Source of the DNA: Klebsiella phage vB_KpM_FBKp24
Sequence record: MW394391.1
DNA: 64,000 nt
Strand: one strand, 5' to 3'
Part shown: positions 37,738 to 47,179 of the stretch, piece after piece
How positions within the stretch are numbered: the stretch's first letter is position 1
How the letters are laid out: each line of letters opens with the position of its first letter
The notes under the pieces: generated by a model
What the model was told of the DNA's origin: nothing
Database searches by the model: none
The model's input: only the letters and a program-made list of their open reading frames with translations
Position numbers and translations under genes: made by a program

Positions 37738-40416
37738 ATGACTTTTGACCTATGTGATAAGGTAAATGAAATGAGTGATTTCGGGAATAAGATCAGCGAA
37801 TTAAATCCGTTGAGCGCAGGAAATATGGCGGGGGAAATTCCGTTAAGTTTAACACTGTCTAGCGGTACTTTGGCAACCAATAAAATCACGTTGAGCCAAC
37901 TCAGAGATCTTTTTGACTTCGATAGCGCATACAGCAGCGTAGAAGAAGGGATCGCTGCGACGGTAGAAAACCAAATGTTCTACGTTTACGTAGACAATAA
38001 TAAATTATCGGTCAATGAATACATCCGAACTAGCATTGGTGCGAACGCAGTCATCGGTAAAAGCGGCACTAAGAAAATTATTTATATTCCTGAACTACTG
38101 AAGCACGTCAAAGTGCAAGTAGAGAGTTTTACTGCACTGCGGGAGTTTAAACCGTGGTGGGAAGGTCAGGTAGTTTATCTGAAAGGGTACTACTCGGAGA
38201 GTACATCGGGGAGTGGTGACTTCATTGGTCATTTAGGAACAGCAACGGATGACGGCGGTGTCATCGCAGCGGGGTCGGGGTATTACTGGGAACGAAATGA
38301 CAGTAAGAATGTTATAGATGCTCAATGGTTTGGCGTTACAGCCGATGGCACCAATAAAGGGACTGAAATTAGTCGTGCACTCGATTTCATCTCTGTTCGT
38401 GGTGGGGAATTAAAATTCCCTAATGGCGAAATAAACTGGGGTACGCTCAGGAAAGTTTTTAACTATTCCGCCACTTTGAAACCGTTCACTTTATCAGGTA
38501 ACGGAGACAGCACCGTTTTTACGTTTGACGACGTCCCGCCCCCTACGCTACAAACTGGCGCTAATTGGGTTAAAGAATCACCGTTAATATCTTTTATCGG
38601 AACTAGCGGCGACAAATTCATTCCGAAGGTAGCCCTGAAGAATTTCTCTATGGACTATTCGCGACAGAAGAATAAAGGCGGGACGGATTTAACTACGCTC
38701 TCTGTGACACATCCTACTCCATATTCACTCGGGGTCTGGGGAATTTATTTCTTCTATGCCGATAGTCCGACGATTGAAAACGTGACCCTAAACAATATTT
38801 ACGGTGATGGGGTCATCATTAGGAAGTCATTCGAGCCGACAGTAAGAAACTGTCAGTTTTATAATGTTTCCGCTGGGAATATTATTGCGAGAACCGATGG
38901 TAACATGGCATCGGATTCGAACGGTGGGGCTATTTTCTTTTGGGCTTGCGTTGGTGGTCTTATCGATAATGTAACTGCTTGGAACCAACGGACTTATCAA
39001 GTTCATGTTAACTCAACCGATAACGGTACGGACGTATTTAACACATTGTGCGGTTACATTGGTATCTGGACAGAGTACCCGTGGGATCAAAACATGACAG
39101 CTAGTTCGCCAGAGACCGCACCGCCAAGAATGACTTCTATAATTTCATCAAGTAATTTGACAAACAATTGGGACAACGAAGCCAAGGGATGTACTATTCG
39201 AAATTGTACTGTTTATGGATATACTATCGGGATTAAATCGGAAGGATTTAGCGAAACCAATATTGTCAACAATATGGTTCTTAATTGCTACCTTCCTATT
39301 TTCCCGGCCAGTACTCGTGCAACTGTAGCCGATAATTTTACAGATATGCTCTACTGCGACAACCGGACTTGTCCGCAAGGTGGTTATCAAAGTATCCGTG
39401 GTCATCTTGTCTGCCATAACTACAGTACCGTCGATGACGGTGCGCGCAGAGGCGTTGAGTTCAGAGGTAATAAGTGCTATTGCGTATCGTACCCTGCTTT
39501 TAGGAGTAACCGGTCAGGATCGCTCTTCGTCGGCAATATGTTCAGGTTCGCACGTGGCGCGGCTGTTGCGATCGATACGACTATTAGTACTCTTGTTAAA
39601 GGCGTCATTGTTAGAGATAACACGTTTTTCTTTGATAGTACAATCAGCAGTACCGTGACTTCTAATATTTCTTATCATGACGGGCTTGTATTCAGTGGCA
39701 ACCGATTTGTCAATAAGTCGACCTCGTTAGTTACGATCGCATTTAGAAATAATTCAAAGAATGTTAAAATAGAAAATAACTTCTTTGAGGGTTGGTTTTT
39801 TGTAGCGTTACAGTGTACGGGTATTTTCGATAAGAACACTGTAGATGTTCAAAATCAACCGATTGCTAACAGTTATCATTTAGGTAATGTTTTTCAGGCC
39901 ACGGCGAGGGCGGTAATATCAAGGAATGAATTCAGAATTAACTCTTCTGCGACTAGTTCGCAAATTGTAGTTTCTTCAGATAATAGCGTATTTGAACGTA
40001 ATATTATACATGTACAAAATACGGGAACACCGACCTTGAATGGTTTAGTTTCATCTGAGTCCAGCGGAGCAAACCAAATTTTTGAAGGTAATTTGGTTAC
40101 GCAGAACCCGTTTAATACCGCCCTGTTCTACTTGAATACCCCGCACGCACCAACGTTTATCGGAAATGTCAATAGCGGTAATCTGATTTATATTTTCGGC
40201 ACCACTATTTATTCTCCTATAACTCTCGAACGTAACAGATGCACAGGGATATTTACTGCCCTAGCAACAGAAAAAAATACAGGTGTCAATCTTTCGTCTA
40301 AAGTGACGCCCTATGTTGGAATGAAGATGTATTACATTCTCCCTAATGCTAATGGAGCAGAAGGGGAAATATATACTGCGCAAGGATGGAAAACATTTGG
40401 TAGTATTACTGCTTAA
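37738..40416 (+). CDS. tailspike / depolymerase-like protein with right-handed beta-helix (pectate-lyase-3-type) domain
   Basis: QWFGVTADGTNKGTEISRALDFI matches the FGAKGDGxTDDT start of pectate_lyase_3 domains; N-terminal region paralogous to 57978-59960 (FIGHLGTATDDGGVIAAGSGYYW vs FIGVLGTKADDGGVVASGSGFYW); likely true start ATG 37771 (MSDFGNK) with aagg SD. Confidence 0.8.
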   Translation: MTFDLCDKVNEMSDFGNKISELNPLSAGNMAGEIPLSLTLSSGTLATNKITLSQLRDLFDFDSAYSSVEEGIAATVENQMFYVYVDNNKLSVNEYIRTSIGANAVIGKSGTKKIIYIPELLKHVKVQVESFTALREFKPWWEGQVVYLKGYYSESTSGSGDFIGHLGTATDDGGVIAAGSGYYWERNDSKNVIDAQWFGVTADGTNKGTEISRALDFISVRGGELKFPNGEINWGTLRKVFNYSATLKPFTLSGNGDSTVFTFDDVPPPTLQTGANWVKESPLISFIGTSGDKFIPKVALKNFSMDYSRQKNKGGTDLTTLSVTHPTPYSLGVWGIYFFYADSPTIENVTLNNIYGDGVIIRKSFEPTVRNCQFYNVSAGNIIARTDGNMASDSNGGAIFFWACVGGLIDNVTAWNQRTYQVHVNSTDNGTDVFNTLCGYIGIWTEYPWDQNMTASSPETAPPRMTSIISSSNLTNNWDNEAKGCTIRNCTVYGYTIGIKSEGFSETNIVNNMVLNCYLPIFPASTRATVADNFTDMLYCDNRTCPQGGYQSIRGHLVCHNYSTVDDGARRGVEFRGNKCYCVSYPAFRSNRSGSLFVGNMFRFARGAAVAIDTTISTLVKGVIVRDNTFFFDSTISSTVTSNISYHDGLVFSGNRFVNKSTSLVTIAFRNNSKNVKIENNFFEGWFFVALQCTGIFDKNTVDVQNQPIANSYHLGNVFQATARAVISRNEFRINSSATSSQIVVSSDNSVFERNIIHVQNTGTPTLNGLVSSESSGANQIFEGNLVTQNPFNTALFYLNTPHAPTFIGNVNSGNLIYIFGTTIYSPITLERNRCTGIFTALATEKNTGVNLSSKVTPYVGMKMYYILPNANGAEGEIYTAQGWKTFGSITA

Positions 40417-40417
40417 A

Positions 40418-40458
40418 ATAAATAAAGGGTGGGCCATTTGGCCCACCCTTTATTTTCT
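40418..40458. terminator. bidirectional rho-independent terminator (aaagggtgggcc/ggcccaccctt)
   Basis: 12-bp GC stem, A/T runs on both sides. Confidence 0.7.
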
Positions 40459-40710
40459 CTTTAATGCCACCACTACCAGACCCAACACCGGATCCGCAGA
40501 ATCAGTGCGTACTAACCCGTAACGAGGAAGTTCAATTACTAGTTGAGTGATACGATGTTTTTCTTGTTCACTTAACGCACTTAAATCCAAAGCGTGAAAA
40601 TCCTCTACCACCTTAACATCGTCATCGGAGTAAGGGAAAGACCATTCGAGTTTGTTCTGTTCTTTATTCCCCGGTAAATAAAGGACATGCACCTTTTTGT
40701 ATACGTTCAT
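40450..40710 (-). CDS. hypothetical protein (86 aa)
   Basis: ORF track. Confidence 0.4.
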   Translation of the reverse strand: MNVYKKVHVLYLPGNKEQNKLEWSFPYSDDDVKVVEDFHALDLSALSEQEKHRITQLVIELPRYGLVRTDSADPVLGLVVVALKRK

Positions 40711-41111
40711 TCTCTTACTACCTTTTTAAACTCGGAAACAAATTCATGTTCAGGAATCGTCACTGCTTCACGTACTAACGAAACGTAAGTCCCTACCACA
40801 GACCATTGGACAGGGAAATTGTTAGTCATTACGCGGTTAAACCCTTGAAAAAGGCGTTGGGTCTTGATGCAAAAATAATAGGCGTGAGGATCAATGTCTT
40901 TAACGTCCGCTAAACGTAAATTTCTTTCTGGTCCGTACGTTAATTGATACAGGTCGTCAGGTATTGCTTTTACTTTCTTTTCCACCAAAGAAAACAAATA
41001 ATGCAACTTACAACCCCCGTCGAAATCTCCACTGCGTAAGTATAAGAAAATATCTCCAAGTGTATTATCCTTGACAAATACCGCGGGGTCATTGCGTTTA
41101 CTTTTAAACAT
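40707..41111 (-). CDS. hypothetical protein (134 aa)
   Basis: ORF track. Confidence 0.45.
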   Translation of the reverse strand: MFKSKRNDPAVFVKDNTLGDIFLYLRSGDFDGGCKLHYLFSLVEKKVKAIPDDLYQLTYGPERNLRLADVKDIDPHAYYFCIKTQRLFQGFNRVMTNNFPVQWSVVGTYVSLVREAVTIPEHEFVSEFKKVVRE

Positions 41112-41165
41112 ACGCCATGCTCCTTTTAATAGAATGGAGAGTGGTTTTTACCACTCTCCATATAT

Positions 41166-41987
41166 TCATTCTGCGTAGATCGCTAAGGCAGTTTGGCAAA
41201 TCGGAGAACGTACACAATCGGCATCGGTAAAGTTAATTACCGGGATACCTAACTGTTTACGCTCTATTCGTTCAAGTAGGTCTGCTAACCCCGACTTGAC
41301 ACCTTTAGGAAGATCGCACTGTTTTAAGTCACCATTAATGATGACCGTGGAATTGTCACCGATACGCGTCAGGAAGAGACGCATCTGATTTACCGTGACG
41401 TTTTGGGCTTCGTCAAGGATAACCACAGCATCGTCGAAAGTTCGTCCGCGCAAGAAACTGAAAGGGGCTACTTCAATTTTCTCGATTTCGGGGCGAAGGC
41501 AATATTGGAGGAAACTCGCACCCATTCTCCGGCGGAGAATATCATAGACCGGTCGGAAGTAAGGAAGGAATTTCTCGTACTGTGTCCCTGGAAGGAAACC
41601 CATCTCTTCTTCCGCTGTCAGCATCGGGCGAGTCACGACGATTTTTTCGACGTTTTTCTCACTGAGTTGATCGACCGCATAAACTGTAGCTAAAAGCGTT
41701 TTCCCTGAACCTGCGGAGCCCGTAGCGATGACGATGTCTTTACTGGCAATCGCATCCATATAAAGACCTTGATTGACGTTCCTGGCTTCAATCGGCGTAC
41801 GATCCCGTTTTTCTTTTTCCATCCCGATCTTGGTAATATCCTGAGAGTTACTTCTGCCGTCGAATCGAATTAAGTCTGCACTTTCTTCGCTCGATAAGGA
41901 CCGTTGCTGGTTCAGTCTACGGCGTGATTCGCGGCGAACTTCACGGTCTAACTTAGCATTACTCTTTTGACGACTCATCAATACCAC
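41166..41987 (-). CDS. phoH: PhoH-like ATPase
   Basis: P-loop IVIATGSAGSGKTLLATVYAV and overall PhoH layout; 273 aa. Confidence 0.9.
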   Translation of the reverse strand: MVLMSRQKSNAKLDREVRRESRRRLNQQRSLSSEESADLIRFDGRSNSQDITKIGMEKEKRDRTPIEARNVNQGLYMDAIASKDIVIATGSAGSGKTLLATVYAVDQLSEKNVEKIVVTRPMLTAEEEMGFLPGTQYEKFLPYFRPVYDILRRRMGASFLQYCLRPEIEKIEVAPFSFLRGRTFDDAVVILDEAQNVTVNQMRLFLTRIGDNSTVIINGDLKQCDLPKGVKSGLADLLERIERKQLGIPVINFTDADCVRSPICQTALAIYAE

Positions 41988-42072
41988 CTTAGCAGATTGT
42001 AAAGAGGCTCACCTTACCATTCCGAGGAGAGCTTTTTCAGAGAAACCCTTTTCTGATTCATAAAAACCTTAA

Positions 42073-42420
42073 CTAAGAATCTTTTCTGATCAGAGGTTTA
42101 AATCCCCAGCTAAAACCGGAGAACAATCTAATCCAAAATGGCGCATCGGGTTTGTATCGGTAAAACAATTTTATCCCCGGTAACCACCCGTAATAACGTA
42201 CGGTTTTAAACCAATTAGTCCTTACCTCTGTAAAGACAGAACTTAACCAGAAACGTATTGTTTCTTTGTGTGGTTCTAATTCAGGGCTGTCGACTAGAAG
42301 TTTGTTGAAAAAATCAGTGAAGAGTAAATTGGGATCGGAATGTGTAAACTCGAGCCGTTTATTAATCGTCGGCTGATCTTCTCCCTCGATCAAGATTTCG
42401 AGAACGTGTTTCTTATCCAT
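42073..42420 (-). CDS. hypothetical protein (115 aa)
   Basis: ORF track. Confidence 0.45.
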   Translation of the reverse strand: MDKKHVLEILIEGEDQPTINKRLEFTHSDPNLLFTDFFNKLLVDSPELEPHKETIRFWLSSVFTEVRTNWFKTVRYYGWLPGIKLFYRYKPDAPFWIRLFSGFSWGFKPLIRKDS

Positions 42421-42498
42421 CGTTAGGAACCCCTCGAGGCAAAAAAAGAAAATACATAGTGAAGGTTTGGCTCAGGGATTCCCTGAGCCAAATAACGA

Positions 42499-42867
42499 TT
42501 ACGTTTTACTGATCACGCTAAACTGTCCTGCTAGTACTCTGTTATCGTAGAGATACTTTTTAGTACGGGCATTGTAAAGACGTACTTGATAAACGTCGGT
42601 GTTAGTATAATGCTTCAAAACGAAGATGATACGGTTACCGCACTCATACGCCGCCGCAGAAAAAACTAACCCATCGTCATCAATTTCTTCCGGCAAATTG
42701 ATACCAAACTCACAGACGTACTTCTTCCCGTCAACGTACGCTACCGTTCTTTTTTCGCCGATAGTAAAGTTACTTTTATCGTCTTTAAATGAAACGGTGG
42801 TCGCCAACGCCAGAGAAGGTATCAACAGAACAATAACTGCCATAATAAATTTTTTCATCATCAACAT
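42499..42867 (-). CDS. secreted protein with signal peptide (122 aa)
   Basis: MKKFIMAVIVLLIPSLALA signal peptide. Confidence 0.5.
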   Translation of the reverse strand: MLMMKKFIMAVIVLLIPSLALATTVSFKDDKSNFTIGEKRTVAYVDGKKYVCEFGINLPEEIDDDGLVFSAAAYECGNRIIFVLKHYTNTDVYQVRLYNARTKKYLYDNRVLAGQFSVISKT

Positions 42868-42873
42868 TCCAAA

Positions 42874-43173
42874 TTAGTGATAAGTACCAGATAACCAGTA
42901 TAGACACTCTTCTTGCTGAGCGACTTCCAGTTTCATTTTCATTTCCGTGAAGCATTTGATGTCATCACGGTGCTGAGAAACAACCGACGGGTCGAATTGT
43001 TCACCCAGTTCGACTAGCATCTCCAGCGACGCGATAGTCCGTGAGAGTAGTTCAATCGTTTTGTTCAGTAACAGCGGCCTGTCAACCAGATCGTGCTCGT
43101 CTTTAATGTTGAACAGCGCATGGTAAACGTTAGTGAGCTCAGTGAATGTCAAATCTACGTTCTGGGTTTTCAT
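42874..43173 (-). CDS. hypothetical protein (99 aa)
   Basis: ORF track. Confidence 0.45.
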   Translation of the reverse strand: MKTQNVDLTFTELTNVYHALFNIKDEHDLVDRPLLLNKTIELLSRTIASLEMLVELGEQFDPSVVSQHRDDIKCFTEMKMKLEVAQQEECLYWLSGTYH

Positions 43174-43224
43174 CGTGTACTCCTTTTTACGTTAAGGTGA
43201 AATTAACTAACGGTTTACGTGCTG

Positions 43225-43692
43225 TTATTTGGCGAGAATAGATTTACCTTTATATTCCAACATCAGCCCAGCTAAACCGATCCGTGTTTCCGCTTCCGTT
43301 ACCATTGCCTCTAAAGCAGACATCAGAGTCCGTTCTTTCGCTTTCAAGAATACCGGCTCGAAACCATCCGAGAATACATTATCGAGACTGATGCGTACCC
43401 AAACTTCACCGGTATCTTTCATGGCCACTTCCATTTCCCCGAAATCTTCACAGCGGTTCGGCGCCAAGTCTTTAAGAAACAGAATTGTTTTTCCGCACTC
43501 GTCTCCGACGATCCAGTTACTTTCGTCGAAATTCGTTAATTCTTCAAGGAGTTCGCCGGCATGATAAACAATGATAGCGTTAATACTTTCACGCATTTCA
43601 GTCACTGAGTCAGCGAATTTCTTTTCGCGTTCTTCACGAGTGTAGTTCAGAGAAGAGAAGACATTAGCAACAGCATCTTTGATCAGAGACAT
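43225..43692 (-). CDS. hypothetical protein (155 aa)
   Basis: ORF track. Confidence 0.5.
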   Translation of the reverse strand: MSLIKDAVANVFSSLNYTREEREKKFADSVTEMRESINAIIVYHAGELLEELTNFDESNWIVGDECGKTILFLKDLAPNRCEDFGEMEVAMKDTGEVWVRISLDNVFSDGFEPVFLKAKERTLMSALEAMVTEAETRIGLAGLMLEYKGKSILAK

Positions 43693-43725
43693 GTTAGGAT
43701 TCCTTAATTGGTTTAGTTAAACGGA

Positions 43726-43793
43726 AAGGTCTTTCCTTTCCTTATTCACTCTGGCTATATATACTTTAAAAAAAGTGCATTTCGATTCTTATG
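43726..43793 (+). promoter_or_regulatory. conserved promoter/leader element, copy C
   Basis: aaaggtctttcctttcc...ctggctatatatactttaaaaaaagtgcatttcgattctt shares 5-prime block, TATATAC box and tgcatttcgattctt leader with copies A and B. Confidence 0.45.
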
Positions 43794-43827
43794 AATTTTC
43801 AACTGACTAATAAAGGCTGAGCGCTTT

Positions 43828-45288
43828 ATGGACGTAATTATCGATGGTAAACGTTATATCCCGGAAGAACACGCTTCCCGTAAAATCGGTATCGCGATCT
43901 CCACGCGTAATCGACACGACGTACTAAAGAAAACCCTCGCTGAGCACGCCAAGTTCCTCCCCCCTAATGCGGTAATCTATATTGTCGATGATGGTTCGGA
44001 TACCCCGGTACAAGCTCCTGATTGGGCCGCTGTTCATCGTCATGAAAAAAGTGAAGGGATAGTAGCCGTTAAGAATACATCGCTTCGCCTTTTGATTGAC
44101 GCCGGCTGCGAGCATTTGTATCTGTGGGACGACGACGCCTACCCGATTGCTGATAACTGGTGGGTTCCGTATATGTTGTCACCAGAACCCCATCTCGGAT
44201 ATCAGTTTAAAGACCTAGCGGGAAAAAGAAAAATAAATGACGTTATTGAAGTGTATAATGACGGGAAACATTTTGCACTTTCAGGGCAGCGTGGAGTTAT
44301 GCTCTATTACCACAAATCGGCGATTGATAAAGTCGGTGGTTTCGATCCAATTTATCAACGAGGGATGTATGAGCACGTCGACCTTGCCCTGCGTATTCAT
44401 AACGCAGGTTTAACCACATTCCCGTTTGGTGACGTCGTCGGAAGTAACCGACTTATCCATTCCATGGACGAATACGAAGAGGTTGCGCGGTCTGTTCCGC
44501 CAGCGGATCGTCAACAGCAGGTGGAAAGAAACGTTAAGATTTATACGGCGCGCCGTAAGAGCCAGTACGCCGGTTATGCGCCTTATCGCAAAGCCCGTCG
44601 GGTAGTCGCCACCGCGCTATTAACCGCTTGTACTGACCCACAACGTCAGAATACTCACATGGCAGCAAGTAGTGCTCTACTACAGACGTGGGCAGAGAGT
44701 ATTAAAGGTGCAGAGAAGATTGTTTTTGCAGATCAGCTATCCGATATGTCTGGTGTGACAATAATCAAAGTACCAGAGGTAAGAAATCTTTCCCCGTATT
44801 TTCTCCGCTGGCTGCACATTTACCAGTGGCTGCGTGATAACCCAGATGTTACCCAAATATGGTGTACAGACGGCACCGATGTCAAAATGCTCAAAGAACC
44901 TTGGGATGAAATGGAACCGGGGAAAGTTTATGTCGGAAATGAACATACGACATACGCCAACCCTTGGTTTGACAAAGTCAATTACCAGAAGTATTTGAAA
45001 AACTTTATTACCGCCAACAAAAATGAACAGGTGGTCAACGCAGGGTTAATCGGCGGTTCCAGAGAAGACGTTATGCAACTGGCTCACGGAATGATTGCCC
45101 AAGTGTGGAAAATGAAATCCGAGATCTTCTGGCGAGAAGAACTCGCCCCTGAGTCAGTGACGGACATGGTTATGTTCGGTATCGAAGCGAAGAAGTTTGG
45201 CGATCGATTAGTGCACGGCCCTATTGTCAACACCGTTTTTAAAGGTAACGAACACGGTAAAGATATCGCTTGGTTTGCGCATAAATGA
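43828..45288 (+). CDS. two-domain glycosyltransferase (N-terminal GT2 family GT-A fold + C-terminal nucleotide-sugar transferase-like domain)
   Basis: GT2 signatures IAISTRNRHDVL...IYIVDDGSD, DxD YLWDDDAY, and C-motif DKVGGFDPIY..GMYEHVDLALRIHNAGL; second half has WCTDGTDV DxD-like motif; host-like GC-rich codon usage. Confidence 0.8.
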   Translation: MDVIIDGKRYIPEEHASRKIGIAISTRNRHDVLKKTLAEHAKFLPPNAVIYIVDDGSDTPVQAPDWAAVHRHEKSEGIVAVKNTSLRLLIDAGCEHLYLWDDDAYPIADNWWVPYMLSPEPHLGYQFKDLAGKRKINDVIEVYNDGKHFALSGQRGVMLYYHKSAIDKVGGFDPIYQRGMYEHVDLALRIHNAGLTTFPFGDVVGSNRLIHSMDEYEEVARSVPPADRQQQVERNVKIYTARRKSQYAGYAPYRKARRVVATALLTACTDPQRQNTHMAASSALLQTWAESIKGAEKIVFADQLSDMSGVTIIKVPEVRNLSPYFLRWLHIYQWLRDNPDVTQIWCTDGTDVKMLKEPWDEMEPGKVYVGNEHTTYANPWFDKVNYQKYLKNFITANKNEQVVNAGLIGGSREDVMQLAHGMIAQVWKMKSEIFWREELAPESVTDMVMFGIEAKKFGDRLVHGPIVNTVFKGNEHGKDIAWFAHK

Positions 45289-45306
45289 TCTTAGGAGGGG
45301 TTAAGA

Positions 45307-45897
45307 ATGAAAATTGCGGTCGTTGGCCACGTTTCAAGACTCTCTGCGATCGAAAGACTTGTTTCGGCTCTTCCGTGCGAAGTCTTTATGGACAGTGTAG
45401 GGAAAGGGGCTTTACACAATCACCTGAGGGCATTACGTTGGGCGGCAGAACAAAATGAGCGTGTAGTGATCATGGAAGATGACGCCATCCCCGTTACGTC
45501 TTTTATTGAAAAAGCAGAGAAATGGTTTTCGCTATTTCCCGATCAATTTCTTTCTTTTTATTTGGGGACGAGCCGTCCACCTCAATACCAGAAGTTAATC
45601 GATCATTCCATAGAAGACTCCAAAAAGCTCAACCGTCAATTCATTTGGTTGAACCAGTTGATTCACGGTGTCTGTTACTCCCCAGTTCCCGGGACAATTC
45701 AAGATATCGTTGATAAAATCGATATGAATAAACCAGCGGACTTCGCTATAGGTTCTGCTTGGGGTAAATCTGTCTATTACCCTATCAGGTCACTTGTAGA
45801 GCACCGTGACGGTAGATCGGTAGAGAAACACACCGATGGCAGGAAAAAATCTGGTGTGCGAGTAGCGCGCTTCCTAGACGGTAATTTACAGTACTAA
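45307..45897 (+). CDS. glycosyltransferase, GT25-like (LPS/LOS glycosyltransferase family)
   Basis: Pattern HL(x)A...A......VVIMEDDAIPV typical of glycosyltransferase family 25 N-terminal region; SD aggagggg; co-transcribed with upstream GT. Confidence 0.55.
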   Translation: MKIAVVGHVSRLSAIERLVSALPCEVFMDSVGKGALHNHLRALRWAAEQNERVVIMEDDAIPVTSFIEKAEKWFSLFPDQFLSFYLGTSRPPQYQKLIDHSIEDSKKLNRQFIWLNQLIHGVCYSPVPGTIQDIVDKIDMNKPADFAIGSAWGKSVYYPIRSLVEHRDGRSVEKHTDGRKKSGVRVARFLDGNLQY

Positions 45898-45914
45898 AAT
45901 AAAAAGATCAGAGC

Positions 45915-45955
45915 ACAACTCCTCCCGTAGCAGAACGCTACGGGAGGAGAGTGTT
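45915..45955. terminator. hairpin terminator (ctcctcccgtag/ctacgggaggag), stronger on minus strand
   Basis: 12-bp stem; T-run on minus-strand side. Confidence 0.55.
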
Positions 45956-45958
45956 ATC

Positions 45959-46393
45959 TTACTGAACTAACGTCACGCCTTCAAAGCCATCGACCGAATA
46001 CCCTCGACATTTAACGAAGGTGATGTCGTACGCAAGTTTACCCAGATTGAACAGCGCGTCGCCAAGATCAATCCGTTCAACTTCGATTGCACAACTCCCT
46101 TCAAAGAGGTAGATAGGTATACCCTTCTCGGCCACAAAGACAATCCGTTTACCGGAAAGCTCGGCGTCGGCTTTCGCCTTTTTGATCTCAGCCATCAAGT
46201 CGACCGCCTTTAGTTCCCCGTGTTCGCTGTGCAAGAAGAGGATAACGTCCTCCTTTAATTCCGGTACGACACCGGAAAGGAAAGTTTCTGCTTCAGCGCA
46301 ATCTTCCCCGATAATCGACAAAGAATGTTGAGACTTTAAAAACTGAACGAATAACTGTTTAACGGGGGTCACGCAAAACTCCTTAGCTGACAA
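45959..46393 (-). CDS. hypothetical protein (144 aa)
   Basis: ORF track. Confidence 0.5.
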   Translation of the reverse strand: MSAKEFCVTPVKQLFVQFLKSQHSLSIIGEDCAEAETFLSGVVPELKEDVILFLHSEHGELKAVDLMAEIKKAKADAELSGKRIVFVAEKGIPIYLFEGSCAIEVERIDLGDALFNLGKLAYDITFVKCRGYSVDGFEGVTLVQ

Positions 46394-46571
46394 AAGCCCT
46401 GAAACAAATAAAATGTAACCAGCCGAAAACCACGGCGCAGAAAAGACAACTGGAAAATGACAGCCACTTTCTCTTCAGTCCATCCCGACAAGCAATACCT
46501 ACGCTCATCAAGACCAGGTTTCCGCTGAACATGATTAGCACCCAGAGCAGCGAGTTAAGCGCGAACGTCAT
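46383..46571 (-). CDS. small membrane protein (62 aa)
   Basis: Hydrophobic; overlaps neighbours. Confidence 0.35.
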   Translation of the reverse strand: MTFALNSLLWVLIMFSGNLVLMSVGIACRDGLKRKWLSFSSCLFCAVVFGWLHFICFRAFVS

Positions 46572-46719
46572 CCTTTACTCCGGAGATAGTTTCTAACTTC
46601 CAATAGAGTTCTTTCCCTTCTCGCTTATCGGGATTAGGAAGTTTGCCCTTGCTCACGCGGATACGCACTGCAGCCTGAGAAATACCTAACATTTTAGCGA
46701 CGTCTTTGATGTTTTTCAA
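46555..46719 (-). CDS. AlpA/Xis-family winged-helix DNA-binding protein (TTG start 46719, or ATG 46692)
   Basis: KMLGISQAAVRIRVSKGKLPNPDKREGKELYWKLETI aligns to AlpA/excisionase pattern LTGLSRSTIYRLMKAGEFPKPIKLGERAVGWRESDI; ATG directly coupled to upstream stop (TAAAATG); below ORF-track cutoff. Confidence 0.5.
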   Translation of the reverse strand: MKNIKDVAKMLGISQAAVRIRVSKGKLPNPDKREGKELYWKLETISGVKDDVRA

Positions 46720-47161
46720 TGGGGTCAGTCCTTACAGAATTATCTTTAACAAAAGTGAAATCGAATCCTTCGATCGTTTCTATCTGAGCAATCCGACCGT
46801 AATCCGATTCGATGATTAAACTCTGGCTTCGCATAGCAAATCCAGAGAGGTCTGGAAATAGATTTCTGAAGCCGATGGCTTCTGGGGAAAGCGCGATGTC
46901 CGCATATAACCACATAGCGCCAGTACTGACGTTATTGACGATTTCATAACCCACTAAGTACCCGGCACTTTCATTTCGCCGAAACGATTTTTCCCAATCG
47001 TCCACCTGACAAAACGTCACGTAGCCAATACTTCCAAAGTTTAAGATGGATTGCATTTGCTTTTCCAGTTGATCTAACGTGATGTTATATTGATCATTGG
47101 AAAGATTCATCGCTGGCGAATTGAAGGTCATTAATTCAATATTGCGGACAAACTCTGACAT
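46694..47161 (-). CDS. hypothetical protein (155 aa)
   Basis: ORF track. Confidence 0.5.
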   Translation of the reverse strand: MSEFVRNIELMTFNSPAMNLSNDQYNITLDQLEKQMQSILNFGSIGYVTFCQVDDWEKSFRRNESAGYLVGYEIVNNVSTGAMWLYADIALSPEAIGFRNLFPDLSGFAMRSQSLIIESDYGRIAQIETIEGFDFTFVKDNSVRTDPIEKHQRRR

Positions 47162-47179
47162 AGCACTTACCCCACGAAA

